Shown here: positions 26,504-36,723 of the stretch, in pieces
Layout: every line of letters begins with the position of its first letter
How positions within the stretch are numbered: the stretch's first letter is position 1
NCBI GenBank assembly: GCA_963818965.1
Contig: CAWFUG010000011.1
Location: 64,001-128,000, forward strand
Origin: an uncultured Verrucomicrobiae bacterium
GTDB taxonomy: Bacteria; Chlamydiota; Chlamydiia; Chlamydiales; Rhabdochlamydiaceae
DNA: 64,000 bases
Reading direction: 5' to 3'
Made by a program: the position numbers and the translations under genes
Notes under the pieces: model-generated
What the model saw: the letters and a program-made list of their open reading frames with translations, nothing else
The model's database searches: none
Told to the model about the DNA's origin: nothing

Positions 26504-28618
26504 CTAGAGATAGCCGTAGGGCTTCGGATTGCATAAATACAGTATCTGATTTTGAATCGAGCCGGGGATATCGGCAGTGGTCCGGGGAATCCCAGCCAAT
26601 GCTTGAAGGGCGATATCGCTTCCGAGATCAGAGTCCGCTTTCGAGGCCATAAGGGCGAGGACCTCCAGCCAAATTTGTAGATCCTCTTGGTTAGCCGTTT
26701 GGCCACAGATCTCAGAGATCAGCTGATCTATCTGAAGGGCTTGTTTCGAGGCTCCCTGTGTTTCCGCTAACGCGACACCAATCGCGCCTATTCCTGCTGC
26801 ACTTACTGAAGATTTAGAAATCCTCTTCGCACAGATGATAGCTATCTCGAGAGCTTGATCAAAAAAGGCTCCCTTGGCAAATGCACAACCAATTCTCGCC
26901 AAAATGATCCCTGCCTCTTCTGGATATTGAAAAGCTCTGCCAGAAGGGAGCATTTTCTGTCTTTTAGTCAATTCAAGATACTCTGAATCGATGTACAGTT
27001 GGATTAATTTAGCCCCCATCGAACGAAGGGCTTCGGTTCTTTCTGGGAAATCTTCGAATAGCATTTCAGAACACACGCATGCGATGATCAAACAACAGAA
27101 CTCGCCCCAACGCTTTTTGTCTGCTTCAACGACTGTTTTACAATAGGCCTTAGCAAATTTGGCATCGGACAGATCTAGATTCAGATACTGTCTGCGCAAC
27201 CGCCTGCTTTCTCGAGTAGAGAGAAGGGGGTCCACCTGTTTAATAAATCGCCGGATCCGTTCAATAGAGGCATTCGAAAGCACATGCAGCGATTCCTCTA
27301 CAGACGGTTGAATCGCTCGGTAATTGCAGATCTCTTGCCATACCGTTTGCTTTTGCTCTCTGCTTTTTTTCTCCAATCTCTCGATTTCCTCACAAAACCA
27401 CTTTCGTCCCAGAGCACTGTTTCTTTGCATCGCGTAGTGCGCAGGCAGCCCTTCATACCCATCTACAGTCTCATTGAACACGCTCCAATTGATTTGTTTT
27501 TCTTCTCTTAGAGACCGATAAAATGCCTCTGCCGTTTCAGCACAGTCCTGAAATACAGCGAGAACCCGGATGAGGAGATGGGGGTCGTAGCCCATCTCTG
27601 TATCTTTTTCCATGATCCCCTTTAGACCCACTGTCCGATCGAACTTGAGCCATGCCTCCCAAATGCCGTTAGCTTTTACTGCAAGAGCAGAAGATCCCAA
27701 AGCGGGATGCTTCTTCTGTAAAATCAAATAAATACCCCCGAGAAAAGCCGCCTCAAAGCTCGTACGCGAACAAGAACCGCTCCATTGCGGTACTAAAGGC
27801 AAATAAGCTGTGGGGCGCCTCGCTTGAAAAAAATCGATCAACTTCTCAATAGAAAAGGTCTTCATTTCATCCGTCAGTCGATACACACGCACTCCAGGAT
27901 ACCGTCCAGCCCCCTGTCCTCGATTCCCAATCGCAATTTGATCTTGGGAAAGGACAAAACTGATCCAATGACTACGGTTACAGATATTGCTTGCACTATC
28001 TGAGAAGAGAATCATTCTCTCTCCCCACTTCTCCTGCAATTCCAGTAAGGTCAAGTCCTTAAAATCTTCTGAGCAAGAAGTACAATGCGTGTCATTCACA
28101 ACTCTTAAGAGCTCTTTGCTGCAAGTCGTATCCCACAACGGTTCCTCTACAAACCCTTTAAAAAACGCTTCCCAAGAACGGCAAAGATGGGGAATTAGAT
28201 AATCGTGATGTGTCACATGATCCACTCCCGGCCCAAAAGACACCCCGTCGACTTTGTAGTCTCCCTCGATTTCGTAACGGTGTAGAGCATCGCACTTCAT
28301 CGCGATAAATCTCTTTGTAAACCCCGCCTCGTGCTGCGCGATGAAAGAAATCAAGTCCTTACGCCCATGGTCCAAAGCGTACAGGTAAGGCGTATAGTCA
28401 ACGCTTGGAATCAACCGACTTCCCTGCACCCTTACCCGAAGAGAGATCGTCAGCGCAAACTCAGACCAGAGCTTAGAGACCACCGAGAAGTTTTTAAAGA
28501 GTTCAATTTTGACGAGTCCAGAATCATCCTTTCCTTGCATGTGCTCGAAGGAGGAGCGGAAGAAATCAAAAAACTCACCAACAAATTGTTTGCTATTGAA
28601 TCGATCTATTGACGACAT
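26504..28618 (-). CDS. putative effector, tandem paralog of 24063-26375
   Basis: 704 aa; same MSSIDRFN start and HWIS/GNRG/SCS motifs. Confidence 0.7.
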   Translation of the reverse strand: MSSIDRFNSKQFVGEFFDFFRSSFEHMQGKDDSGLVKIELFKNFSVVSKLWSEFALTISLRVRVQGSRLIPSVDYTPYLYALDHGRKDLISFIAQHEAGFTKRFIAMKCDALHRYEIEGDYKVDGVSFGPGVDHVTHHDYLIPHLCRSWEAFFKGFVEEPLWDTTCSKELLRVVNDTHCTSCSEDFKDLTLLELQEKWGERMILFSDSASNICNRSHWISFVLSQDQIAIGNRGQGAGRYPGVRVYRLTDEMKTFSIEKLIDFFQARRPTAYLPLVPQWSGSCSRTSFEAAFLGGIYLILQKKHPALGSSALAVKANGIWEAWLKFDRTVGLKGIMEKDTEMGYDPHLLIRVLAVFQDCAETAEAFYRSLREEKQINWSVFNETVDGYEGLPAHYAMQRNSALGRKWFCEEIERLEKKSREQKQTVWQEICNYRAIQPSVEESLHVLSNASIERIRRFIKQVDPLLSTRESRRLRRQYLNLDLSDAKFAKAYCKTVVEADKKRWGEFCCLIIACVCSEMLFEDFPERTEALRSMGAKLIQLYIDSEYLELTKRQKMLPSGRAFQYPEEAGIILARIGCAFAKGAFFDQALEIAIICAKRISKSSVSAAGIGAIGVALAETQGASKQALQIDQLISEICGQTANQEDLQIWLEVLALMASKADSDLGSDIALQALAGIPRTTADIPGSIQNQILYLCNPKPYGYL

Positions 28619-28666
28619 ATTATTACAATTGTTAATTTTTAACTTTATTTAATTAACGTAAATGCA

Positions 28667-28694
28667 ATCATACTCGTTTTTTATTTTACGTCAA
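28667..28694 (-). promoter_or_regulatory. sigma66-type promoter, paralogous to 26417-26445
   Basis: TTGACG-16 bp-TATGAT. Confidence 0.6.
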
Positions 28695-28734
28695 TTGATG
28701 TTTTATTTTTAAATACATTAAGCGAGTGGAGTAT

Positions 28735-28926
28735 CAGGACACTTGCAAAGTCCATCGAGGCCGGGAAAGGAAATGATAGAAAGGATAAAATGATAGGAAT
28801 GATGGAAGAATTTTTTTTTCGCGCAAGCGATGAAAGCGCATACCCAAAAAGCACCTATTCAGCCCCCTCAAGTGGGCTGAATAGGTGCTTTTTGGGCTCG
28901 CCCTAAACGACTTTGCAGGTGTCCTA
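28735..28926. mobile_element. MITE family C, second copy, inverted and internally rearranged
   Basis: CAGGACACTTGCAAAGTC...GACTTTGCAGGTGTCCTA; flanks AGTGGAGTAT / AGTGGGGTGT (8 of 10 match). Confidence 0.85.
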
Positions 28927-29002
28927 AGTGGGGTGTAAAACAGAACACGCCACCACCCCCTTGCGAAAGTATCAAGGAGGAGGTGGGTGGTGGCGCACGC
29001 AG

Positions 29003-30943
29003 CTAGAGAAGCTCAGGTCCAAGTCTCACAAAGGATAGCTGGAGCTCGAAATTCTTCAAATCTATAGACCTAGCTACATCATCCTGTCCCAACTTGTTCG
29101 CTACATGAGCCATATGGCGCAGGGCGCCTATCCAATCTTCGAGATTTTCTTTAGTAGCCGATTCGCAACAGAGTTGAGTAATGGTGGCAACAAGATGACG
29201 ATACCCGTTCCTAATCAATTCGCCCCCGATGCCCCCAATCGCCTGTGCCTTTTCAGGAATATCAGAAACTGTTGTAGAACAAAGTATGGCCACATCAAAA
29301 GCAAGCGGATGGCTAAGGTTAGTCGATGCGCAGCCGAGCGCTTTAAAAGCCTCTGCTTTTTCTGGAAGATCCTTAGGAAGTGTGTCAGCGCAGAGTTCAG
29401 CAATGCGATGAGCAGCAGTCTGAGTCCTGATACCATCGATAGAACAGTCCTGCTTCAACAGTTCGACACCGATGGTTGCAAGAGTCTGCGCCTTCCTCCA
29501 AGGCTCCTCAGAACTCATTGTGGCATATATTTCAGCTAGCGGAATAGCTGTAATAAAATTTCCCACTTCGGCCTCTGCAATAGCCAATCTTGAGATCTCC
29601 TCACGATGACCCATGTTCTCTATAATCTTTTTGGAAACCAGCGCTATGATCTCAGAGCTCAATCGAGGATATCCACATTCGACTGCCCAATTGGCATCAT
29701 CAATCGTCGAGACTATCTCTTGAAGAACGTGGCCCCAATTTTCCATATCTTCTTCAATAGCCATTGTCACACAGAGTTCGACGAGCTGAAGAATGTGCTC
29801 GAAGGCTTCTGCTTTGACCAACTCGCCGCCGATTCGACTGGCGGTGGCTACTCTCTCTGCAAGTATAGAATCGATTTTGGAACAGAGAACAACCGTCGCA
29901 ACTGCTTCGTCAAAAGCTCCTTTTGCAGCAAATTCACTACTAATGGATCCGATAACACGCGCTTTCTCCCCAAGGATCCCCTCAGAGCCTATTTTGGAAT
30001 AGAGCTCCATTATTTGAAAAACAGCAGGAAAATCGTCTCTCTTCATTAATTGGAGAGCAATCTCTTTAAACGCATCGCTATCGATAGGCCAATCAGGAAC
30101 TATTTCAGAATAGATTGTAACCAACTGTAGAGCTAGGGTAGAATCGCCTTTTTCAGATTCTTCACGAGCTTGCAATAGTATATTTTCTAATATACCAGGC
30201 AGATTTGTTCTTGAAATATAGGGGTTAGTATCGAGAAGAGCATTGAGACTCTTCTGGTCCTTTTGGGCTCCCTCTTGCGAAAGCGGGGTGTATTTTATAA
30301 TGAAATTTAAGAAGCGCGCTAAATTGTTATCTTTGCTGAAGTCTGAAAATTCAAAAAAAGCCGCGATCTCTTCCGCGCTTAAGTCTCGTAATAATCCCGC
30401 AACCTCTACTTGCGCTAGATCCTCGAGCATTTCTACTTGAGCGAGATCCTCCACGTCTTTTCTATCAGGCAAAATGCCCTTTAATATTTGCTCGATAATC
30501 TCTTTGCCTTCAGAAGTGATGTTGGGGTGAACTGCAAAATGCTCTCTCAGGAGCCCCAACGTTTTTCTTAAAGGTTCAAAGCGCTTACTGATTGCAGCAT
30601 TTTTCTCATTAAGCGTTAATCGATCCAAGCCGTTGTTCCAGTGACGACAGACAAGGTGGGTAATCACTCTCTCTCGAGGACCCAAAAAGGAAAGAAGATG
30701 CAAAAAAGTATCTGATCTGAGCGTACGGAAGGGGGATGTGTTGCTTTGTCCTCTAGCGATAGAATCAAATAATTCCTCAACACCTTTGACCAAGTGAAAT
30801 GTGGCGACGTGTTGGTTTAATCCTTTGCCAACAAAGGCCACAGCTCGTTGGGAGTCCTGATCTAAGTAAGACAGAATCTGACAAGCTAGCTGTTGATATA
30901 CGGGAAGGTTAGGCTCTGAACCTAAGCGGTGTAATGTAGACAT
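29003..30943 (-). CDS. F-box-like protein with helical repeats, putative effector
   Basis: ILSYLDQDSQRAVAFV and LLSFLGPRERVITHLVCRHWN (two F-box-like motifs). Confidence 0.75.
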   Translation of the reverse strand: MSTLHRLGSEPNLPVYQQLACQILSYLDQDSQRAVAFVGKGLNQHVATFHLVKGVEELFDSIARGQSNTSPFRTLRSDTFLHLLSFLGPRERVITHLVCRHWNNGLDRLTLNEKNAAISKRFEPLRKTLGLLREHFAVHPNITSEGKEIIEQILKGILPDRKDVEDLAQVEMLEDLAQVEVAGLLRDLSAEEIAAFFEFSDFSKDNNLARFLNFIIKYTPLSQEGAQKDQKSLNALLDTNPYISRTNLPGILENILLQAREESEKGDSTLALQLVTIYSEIVPDWPIDSDAFKEIALQLMKRDDFPAVFQIMELYSKIGSEGILGEKARVIGSISSEFAAKGAFDEAVATVVLCSKIDSILAERVATASRIGGELVKAEAFEHILQLVELCVTMAIEEDMENWGHVLQEIVSTIDDANWAVECGYPRLSSEIIALVSKKIIENMGHREEISRLAIAEAEVGNFITAIPLAEIYATMSSEEPWRKAQTLATIGVELLKQDCSIDGIRTQTAAHRIAELCADTLPKDLPEKAEAFKALGCASTNLSHPLAFDVAILCSTTVSDIPEKAQAIGGIGGELIRNGYRHLVATITQLCCESATKENLEDWIGALRHMAHVANKLGQDDVARSIDLKNFELQLSFVRLGPELL

Positions 30944-31018
30944 TTTAGTCTCCTGATTATTTCTTATAATAAAATCAATAAGTACGTTTCTTTAAACGAC
31001 TACGCAAAGCGTCTAAAT

Positions 31019-32764
31019 CTAAGAACGCAGCTGAGACAGCTGCTCCTTGATCAACTTCTCTACTCGCTCATCCCACCCCCGCTTCGCTTCGGATAACATC
31101 TTTTCAAGGGCAGCTTTTGAATTAGAACAGAGTTTCACCATTTGATTCACGCGTTGGAATCCTGCGAATCCTTTGATGAAGGCACAGCCGATATTTCCCA
31201 TCATCTCAGCTTTCTCTGGAATGTGATCAGAGACTGTATCGGCACAGAGTGTAACTACCTCAGTAGCCTCTTCCCATAACTCTTGCTCCATCAGCACCTG
31301 GGCAATGGAGTCAAAGAGTTTTACCTTTTCGGAGGAATCCTTAGGCAGGCTTGCGGCACAGAGTTGAGTGACTTCCAAAACCGCTGGGACAGACAGGGAG
31401 AGACAACCGCCGAAAAAACTTTTCCATCGATTCTTGGGGTTTCCAAAACCTTCTTCGCGGGTAAAGACAGCTGCGATGGTTTTCGCAACCACTTCAGTTA
31501 CTTTTACAGGCTCAGCAGAGTGCATTTTGATGTATTCTTTCACTAAGGGGAAAGCCGTTAACCAGCGCCCTTGGACTCCCTCTTTAATAGCTAATGGGGC
31601 GAGGTCTTTTCTATCTCCCATTTTTTCTGTGATCTTTGCAGCAACCAATGCGGCGATCTCAGACCTAAGAGCGTCGCTCTCCTGGACATTGTATGCCATG
31701 ATCTTATAAAGAACCTCTGCCCAAACGTCCATATTTTCTTCAATAGCCAAGGTGCAGCAGAGTTCAACCAGCTCGAGAAATTGCTTCTTAGCTCCGACGT
31801 TACTTAATCTTTCAGAAGCCAGAAAGACATACTCTGCCCTCTTGCTGATTGCAACATCTTCGTTTAAAATCACTTGCAATGGTTGAAGACATTCAATAAA
31901 AAATCCTGCATTAATTATTCCAGAGAAACTCGCATAAAGCGTGTATAATTTCTCCTCCATCGAATCACTACCGTGCTCAAAATACAATGTCGCCCACTCC
32001 GCCGCTAGCTTTGGATGTCCTTTGATTTTATCGATTATGTTAAAGGATAGGGCTCCTTCTAAGCTCCAACCTGATTCCAAATCTGATTTCATATTTTCCA
32101 TGATAGCACCCTTTTCATCACCTTCCTGTTCGCACAGCAAAGCGTATCGGATCAAGCAATCTAAATGACGTGCTAACGAATTATCCTTGTTAAATTCTGA
32201 AAATTGCAGCAATGCTGCCACCTTTTTCTCAGACATCTCCCCCAAATTAAATACAAAATCATTAATTTTTTTGAGCGCTTCTGATTCAAGTCTCTCCACC
32301 TCAGCAACACTCCTCACTGTGTTTCTATCTGGTAGAATACTCCCCAGAGTCTGCGCGATCAAGGCTCTCTGCCCAAGAGTGATGTCGGAGTAAGTGGAAA
32401 AATGTTCTGCTAATTGCACCAAAGTCTTTTTGGAGGAATCGAAGCGAAAAAAAAGCGCTCTATTTAGCTCTTCAGCTGATAATCGAGTGAAGCTCTGATT
32501 CCAGTAACGAGAGACACAACAGACAACTTTTCTGTCCTCAGAAGTCAGAAAAGGCAAAACACAACAAAGAATATCCTTGGAAAAGAATCCATCATAGGGA
32601 ATTTGCTCGTTACATTCGTTGACATTCCTAAGCGCTTCAAAGATTAATCCAACGATTATCTTGTTTATCAAATCTTCATGGTTAGATCCTGCGCAAATTG
32701 GATTTGCACCAGACAACGGTGTTGCCCTAGTTGTTGTAATTGTCGTGGTTGTCGTAGTAGACAT
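31019..32764 (-). CDS. F-box-like protein with helical repeats, putative effector
   Basis: Thr-rich N-terminus MSTTTTTTITTT; VLPFLTSEDRKVVCCVSRYWN; paralogous to 29003-30943. Confidence 0.75.
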   Translation of the reverse strand: MSTTTTTTITTTRATPLSGANPICAGSNHEDLINKIIVGLIFEALRNVNECNEQIPYDGFFSKDILCCVLPFLTSEDRKVVCCVSRYWNQSFTRLSAEELNRALFFRFDSSKKTLVQLAEHFSTYSDITLGQRALIAQTLGSILPDRNTVRSVAEVERLESEALKKINDFVFNLGEMSEKKVAALLQFSEFNKDNSLARHLDCLIRYALLCEQEGDEKGAIMENMKSDLESGWSLEGALSFNIIDKIKGHPKLAAEWATLYFEHGSDSMEEKLYTLYASFSGIINAGFFIECLQPLQVILNEDVAISKRAEYVFLASERLSNVGAKKQFLELVELCCTLAIEENMDVWAEVLYKIMAYNVQESDALRSEIAALVAAKITEKMGDRKDLAPLAIKEGVQGRWLTAFPLVKEYIKMHSAEPVKVTEVVAKTIAAVFTREEGFGNPKNRWKSFFGGCLSLSVPAVLEVTQLCAASLPKDSSEKVKLFDSIAQVLMEQELWEEATEVVTLCADTVSDHIPEKAEMMGNIGCAFIKGFAGFQRVNQMVKLCSNSKAALEKMLSEAKRGWDERVEKLIKEQLSQLRS

Positions 32765-32890
32765 TTTACCCTCATAATTTAATGCATAAAATTAAAACGT
32801 TATATTATCTATTATTTACTGATTTATTCTTTTTTGTAAATATTTAAAATTATTTTAATATAGATTAAATTTTAGTCTTCAGACTCTTAA

Positions 32891-33052
32891 GAGTCTGTCT
32901 ACAATCTCGGCCATTTTGCTTTTCGCGCCTTTTGCTTTTGCCTTGGATTCGATTCCTTGGCCTAGTTAATTTAACTATGTCCTGCGGAATCGAATCCAAG
33001 GCAAAACCAAAATCCATCAAAAATCAAAACGGCCGAGATTGTAGACTGACTC
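32891..33052. mobile_element. palindromic MITE family D, 162 bp, TAA duplication
   Basis: 22-bp TIR GAGTC(T/A)GTCTACAATCTCGGCC, internal hairpin TTTGCCTTGGATTCGATTCC/GGAATCGAATCCAAGGCAAA, TAA on both flanks. Confidence 0.88.
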
Positions 33053-33444
33053 TAATCGCCAGAAGGGCGCCGGAGTGTTTTTTTAAGGGAATGGCGCCTT
33101 TTTTGTTCGAGGACCTTTTCCTGGCCGCCTCGCGTGCGTTTGCGCTTTTGCCGCTTGCGCTTCTCCCGCTCCTGCTGGTCTGCTAAGAGCCTTTGCCTCT
33201 CTCTTTGTCGCAGTCGTTTGAGCAGCTCCTCTCTTGCCAGCTGCCGATTGAGCTCTCGAGAGCGCTCTGACTGGCATTTGACCTCGATCCCTGAGGGGAT
33301 GTGTTTTAAATACACACAGGAAGAGGTTTTATTGATCTTCTGCCCCCCCTTGCCCGTCCCGAGGATGAATTTTTCAACCAAATCCCCCTCGTTTAACTCG
33401 ATCTGATCCAGTTTTGTCTGGAGTGCATCTTTTTTTTTACTCAC
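33052..33444 (-). CDS. arfB: peptidyl-tRNA hydrolase / ribosome rescue factor, ArfB (YaeJ)-like
   Basis: GKGGQKINKT GGQ motif, RSRELNR, basic C-terminal tail. Confidence 0.85.
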   Translation of the reverse strand: MSKKKDALQTKLDQIELNEGDLVEKFILGTGKGGQKINKTSSCVYLKHIPSGIEVKCQSERSRELNRQLAREELLKRLRQRERQRLLADQQEREKRKRQKRKRTRGGQEKVLEQKRRHSLKKTLRRPSGD

Positions 33445-33609
33445 ATGACCTCTCTATGACCTTACACCCAAGTTATTTTTGAGGATTGGTATTACTTCTT
33501 ATATTTACGCTATGGGGAAAAAAATACAACTGACAAAAAAGCAGCAATTGGTAAACTGATTAGCTATTTTTGTGTGTAAAATGAATAAAAGCTCTTTTTT
33601 GGATGTAAA

Positions 33610-34896
33610 ATGATTACATTAGATCGTATAACCGTCCCTGCTCAGACCTGCGTTGATTTCAATGAGCAAATACCACAAGAGCTCATTCCGCAAATTATTG
33701 CAGTCGCAGAGCTGGTCGATTCCCTAAAATTCAGATTGGTCTGTAAGGAGTGGAATGATTGGCTTCCCTATTTTTTGCAAGATGCATGCCTTGGTTTTTT
33801 AAAGGGGAATCGGCTCAATGGTTATCTTTTACTAGATCCAAACAAATACGCCCATGGGAAATTAGCTGAAATCAAAATCTTGGAAAGCTATTTAGGAATT
33901 TCTTACCAAAGAAATCGTTTTTATTTGGAGCGGTGTTGTGTCGATATTTTGAAAACCTCTGCGACAAGGAAATTTCACGATCTGGTAGATCTCAATCGCG
34001 CAGTGCAATCCACCTATGAGGTGCAGGGGACAGTCTCTCTATTTCAAAGGCGCTGTCTACTGCGAGACTCCTTTGAGGCTATGCATGAAACGGCCATCCA
34101 AAAGACGCAAGAAGCATTATGCGTGGCTTGGGAAAAGGGGGTATACCAAGCGGTTCTCAATGCCGATACTTCCGGTACCCTACAAATCCCCAATCCACAC
34201 GCCAGATACGATGAAATTGTCGCACTCTTGAAAAGCCAAGAGGCGGAAGCTCTCCTAAAAGCCGTTGAGGAAATCGATCTCTCTAATAGCGGTCTCGAAT
34301 TTATCCCCAATGAGATCAATTATTTTACTCATCTGGAACGTCTAAGATTACATCACAATCAAATTACTGCCCTTCCCTATTTGCAGTTGCCCCATCTCAA
34401 ACTACTAGATGTCAGCTATAATCAAGTGACCAGGCTCCCCTCGCATCTAAATCTGCCCAATCTACAATCCTTGCTCCTCGATTATAACCATATCACGGAA
34501 GTATCCCCCTCCGTCAACTTGCCCGAGCTCAAAAAGCTCCTTTTGAACTGCAATCAAATCACCAAATGGCCTCAAGAGATCCTTCTCCCGAATCTCACAG
34601 CTCTGCGTTTGAATTACAATCAGATCACTGAACTGCCTCCCAGTATGGATCTACCACAACTCGAGCACCTATCCCTATGCGGCAATGAACTCACTGACAT
34701 ACTCTCCGAATTAAAACTTCCCAATCTCATATTTCTAGACATCAGGGAAAATGAGATCTGGAAATACCCCTATCTTCCTCTTTGTCCTCAATTGAGCCAA
34801 GTGCGCATCTTTTCCTTTAAAAGCATTGACATGGCCGTACACCTTTTCCAAGATCTATGGGATCGAGACCCCAGTAACGACGGCCTAGGCCTCTGA
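33610..34896 (+). CDS. F-box-like plus leucine-rich repeat protein, putative effector
   Basis: IPQELIPQII...FRLVCKEWN; multiple LP.L..L.L..N.I repeats. Confidence 0.85.
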   Translation: MITLDRITVPAQTCVDFNEQIPQELIPQIIAVAELVDSLKFRLVCKEWNDWLPYFLQDACLGFLKGNRLNGYLLLDPNKYAHGKLAEIKILESYLGISYQRNRFYLERCCVDILKTSATRKFHDLVDLNRAVQSTYEVQGTVSLFQRRCLLRDSFEAMHETAIQKTQEALCVAWEKGVYQAVLNADTSGTLQIPNPHARYDEIVALLKSQEAEALLKAVEEIDLSNSGLEFIPNEINYFTHLERLRLHHNQITALPYLQLPHLKLLDVSYNQVTRLPSHLNLPNLQSLLLDYNHITEVSPSVNLPELKKLLLNCNQITKWPQEILLPNLTALRLNYNQITELPPSMDLPQLEHLSLCGNELTDILSELKLPNLIFLDIRENEIWKYPYLPLCPQLSQVRIFSFKSIDMAVHLFQDLWDRDPSNDGLGL

Positions 34897-35201
34897 TTTT
34901 ACTAGAGCTCTGGTCTTAAAAGTTCCTTTCTAAAAGCATAAACCACAGAAAACAAGCAACATATAGAAATTTTTAATTAAAAAAATACATTTATATCAAT
35001 TTAATAATAAAAATATTATAATTTAACACATATTAAAACAAAAAAACAACGGCTAATATGAATATACTACTTCCCAGCAACAATATCTTAGCCATTGCCC
35101 CAAACCCAGTAAAATCTCAGGTGTAATTAATTGGTAATGTGCATTTATAAATTTACATTAAAACCAGCCTTTAAGACTCGCTAAATAAAAAGGAAATTAA
35201 A

Positions 35202-36584
35202 ATGACCGTACAAAACAAAACAGTCAGTCCTAGTAACGATTTTCTCTATAACGATGGACTCTCAGAAGAGGTCAGCTTTGAGGACTTTCATGTCTATTTC
35301 AACGATCAATTCCCTCCAGAAATTATAATGAAATTAATTACACAAGCCAAACTCGTTAACTCTTTAAAATTCAGGCTAGTTTGTAAACAATGGAATGACC
35401 TCCTTCCCTATTTTGTACAAAACGCCTGTTTGCATTTCACAGGAGGAAGGCCTCAACCCACCGGTTATCCATTAGAAACTCCCCAACCCTATGCCCAAAG
35501 AAAACTCTCCGAATGCTCTTGGGACCATGAAAGAACCCCTCTCGAAGAAAGTCGCCTTCAATTAGAGCTATGCTGTCTCAATATTTTGTCGATGGCATCT
35601 CAAGGCAACGCATTTAGCGACCTCGTCTTTCTTAATCGCGCCGTAAAGCAGACCTATGATGATCGGGGAATGGGCTTTTTCTTCCAAAAACAAGTCTTGA
35701 GTTTTTCCTTCAAACGCATGGAGAAAAAAGCGACTAAAGAATTGAAATGGACTTTACGCCATGCTTGGAAGTGCGGGTTAAGTAGGCAAATCGATGAACA
35801 CAACACTCCCACCAATAATCCCCATGATATCCCGATCCCAAAAAAAAGAGCTTCCTACAATAAAGTTATCGCGTTTTTGAACAACCCAGCAGCCGGACAG
35901 CTCCTAAAAAGTATTACAGAAATCGATATCAGTAATGCTGAACTCGAATTCATCCCCATGGAAATAGCTTTTTTTAGAAATCTCGAAAAATTGACTCTTT
36001 CCAAAAACGACATCGATCAATGGCCTTCAGCTTTAAAACTTCCTAAACTGAAACTTTTAAATTTGGCAAAGAATCAAATTTCTCAATTGCCCCCTAACGC
36101 GTGTGTACCCAAGCTGAAATATTTAGATTTGGAAAATAATCAAATCTTCCAATTACCCTCTAATCTGTGTTTCCCTAAACTGAAAGTTTTAGATTTGGCA
36201 AAAAATAAAATTTCTCAATTGCCCTCCAACGCGTGTTTACTTAAGCTAAAATGGTTAAGTTTGGCAAAGAATCAAATTTCTCAATTCCCCTCCAATGCGT
36301 ATTTACCTAAGCTAAAATGGTTAATTTTGGTACAGAATCAAATTTCTCAATTGCCCTCCGACCCTAATTTACCTAACCTTAAGATACTCAGGTTAGGTTT
36401 CAATCCGCTCAGCGCAATTCCTGAAGACCTTATACTACCCAACCTAAGGATATTATCGCTTTCGGAGGGGAGGGGGTTCACGGATGGTGTTTGGTCCTGT
36501 CCTCATCTCGGCAATTGCCCAAAACTTAGAGACGTCCACGGTGCGACTTTTTGGGCAGGATACTCGATGTCAGATTTTTCGTGA
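35202..36584 (+). CDS. F-box-like plus leucine-rich repeat protein, paralog of 33610-34896
   Basis: FPPEIIMKLI...FRLVCKQWN; 22-aa LPKLK.L.LAKNQISQLPSN repeats. Confidence 0.85.
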   Translation: MTVQNKTVSPSNDFLYNDGLSEEVSFEDFHVYFNDQFPPEIIMKLITQAKLVNSLKFRLVCKQWNDLLPYFVQNACLHFTGGRPQPTGYPLETPQPYAQRKLSECSWDHERTPLEESRLQLELCCLNILSMASQGNAFSDLVFLNRAVKQTYDDRGMGFFFQKQVLSFSFKRMEKKATKELKWTLRHAWKCGLSRQIDEHNTPTNNPHDIPIPKKRASYNKVIAFLNNPAAGQLLKSITEIDISNAELEFIPMEIAFFRNLEKLTLSKNDIDQWPSALKLPKLKLLNLAKNQISQLPPNACVPKLKYLDLENNQIFQLPSNLCFPKLKVLDLAKNKISQLPSNACLLKLKWLSLAKNQISQFPSNAYLPKLKWLILVQNQISQLPSDPNLPNLKILRLGFNPLSAIPEDLILPNLRILSLSEGRGFTDGVWSCPHLGNCPKLRDVHGATFWAGYSMSDFS

Positions 36585-36723
36585 TATTTCTATAGACACG
36601 GCCTTTAAGAAAAAAGATGACGCGCATTTCGCTTAAAAATTGTAACTAATTGCAGGTAAGCTATTTAAAAATATGACAAATTATTTTTTATAAAAAGTGG
36701 AACATCGAGGGATAGATATCTGC

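Noticed and set aside
23888..28926. Composite transposon formed by two family C copies
   Set aside because: Each copy has its own target duplication and the outer flanks do not match
30994..31017. AAACGACTACGCAAAGCGTCTAA, similar to a family C end
   Set aside because: Too degenerate and has no partner end
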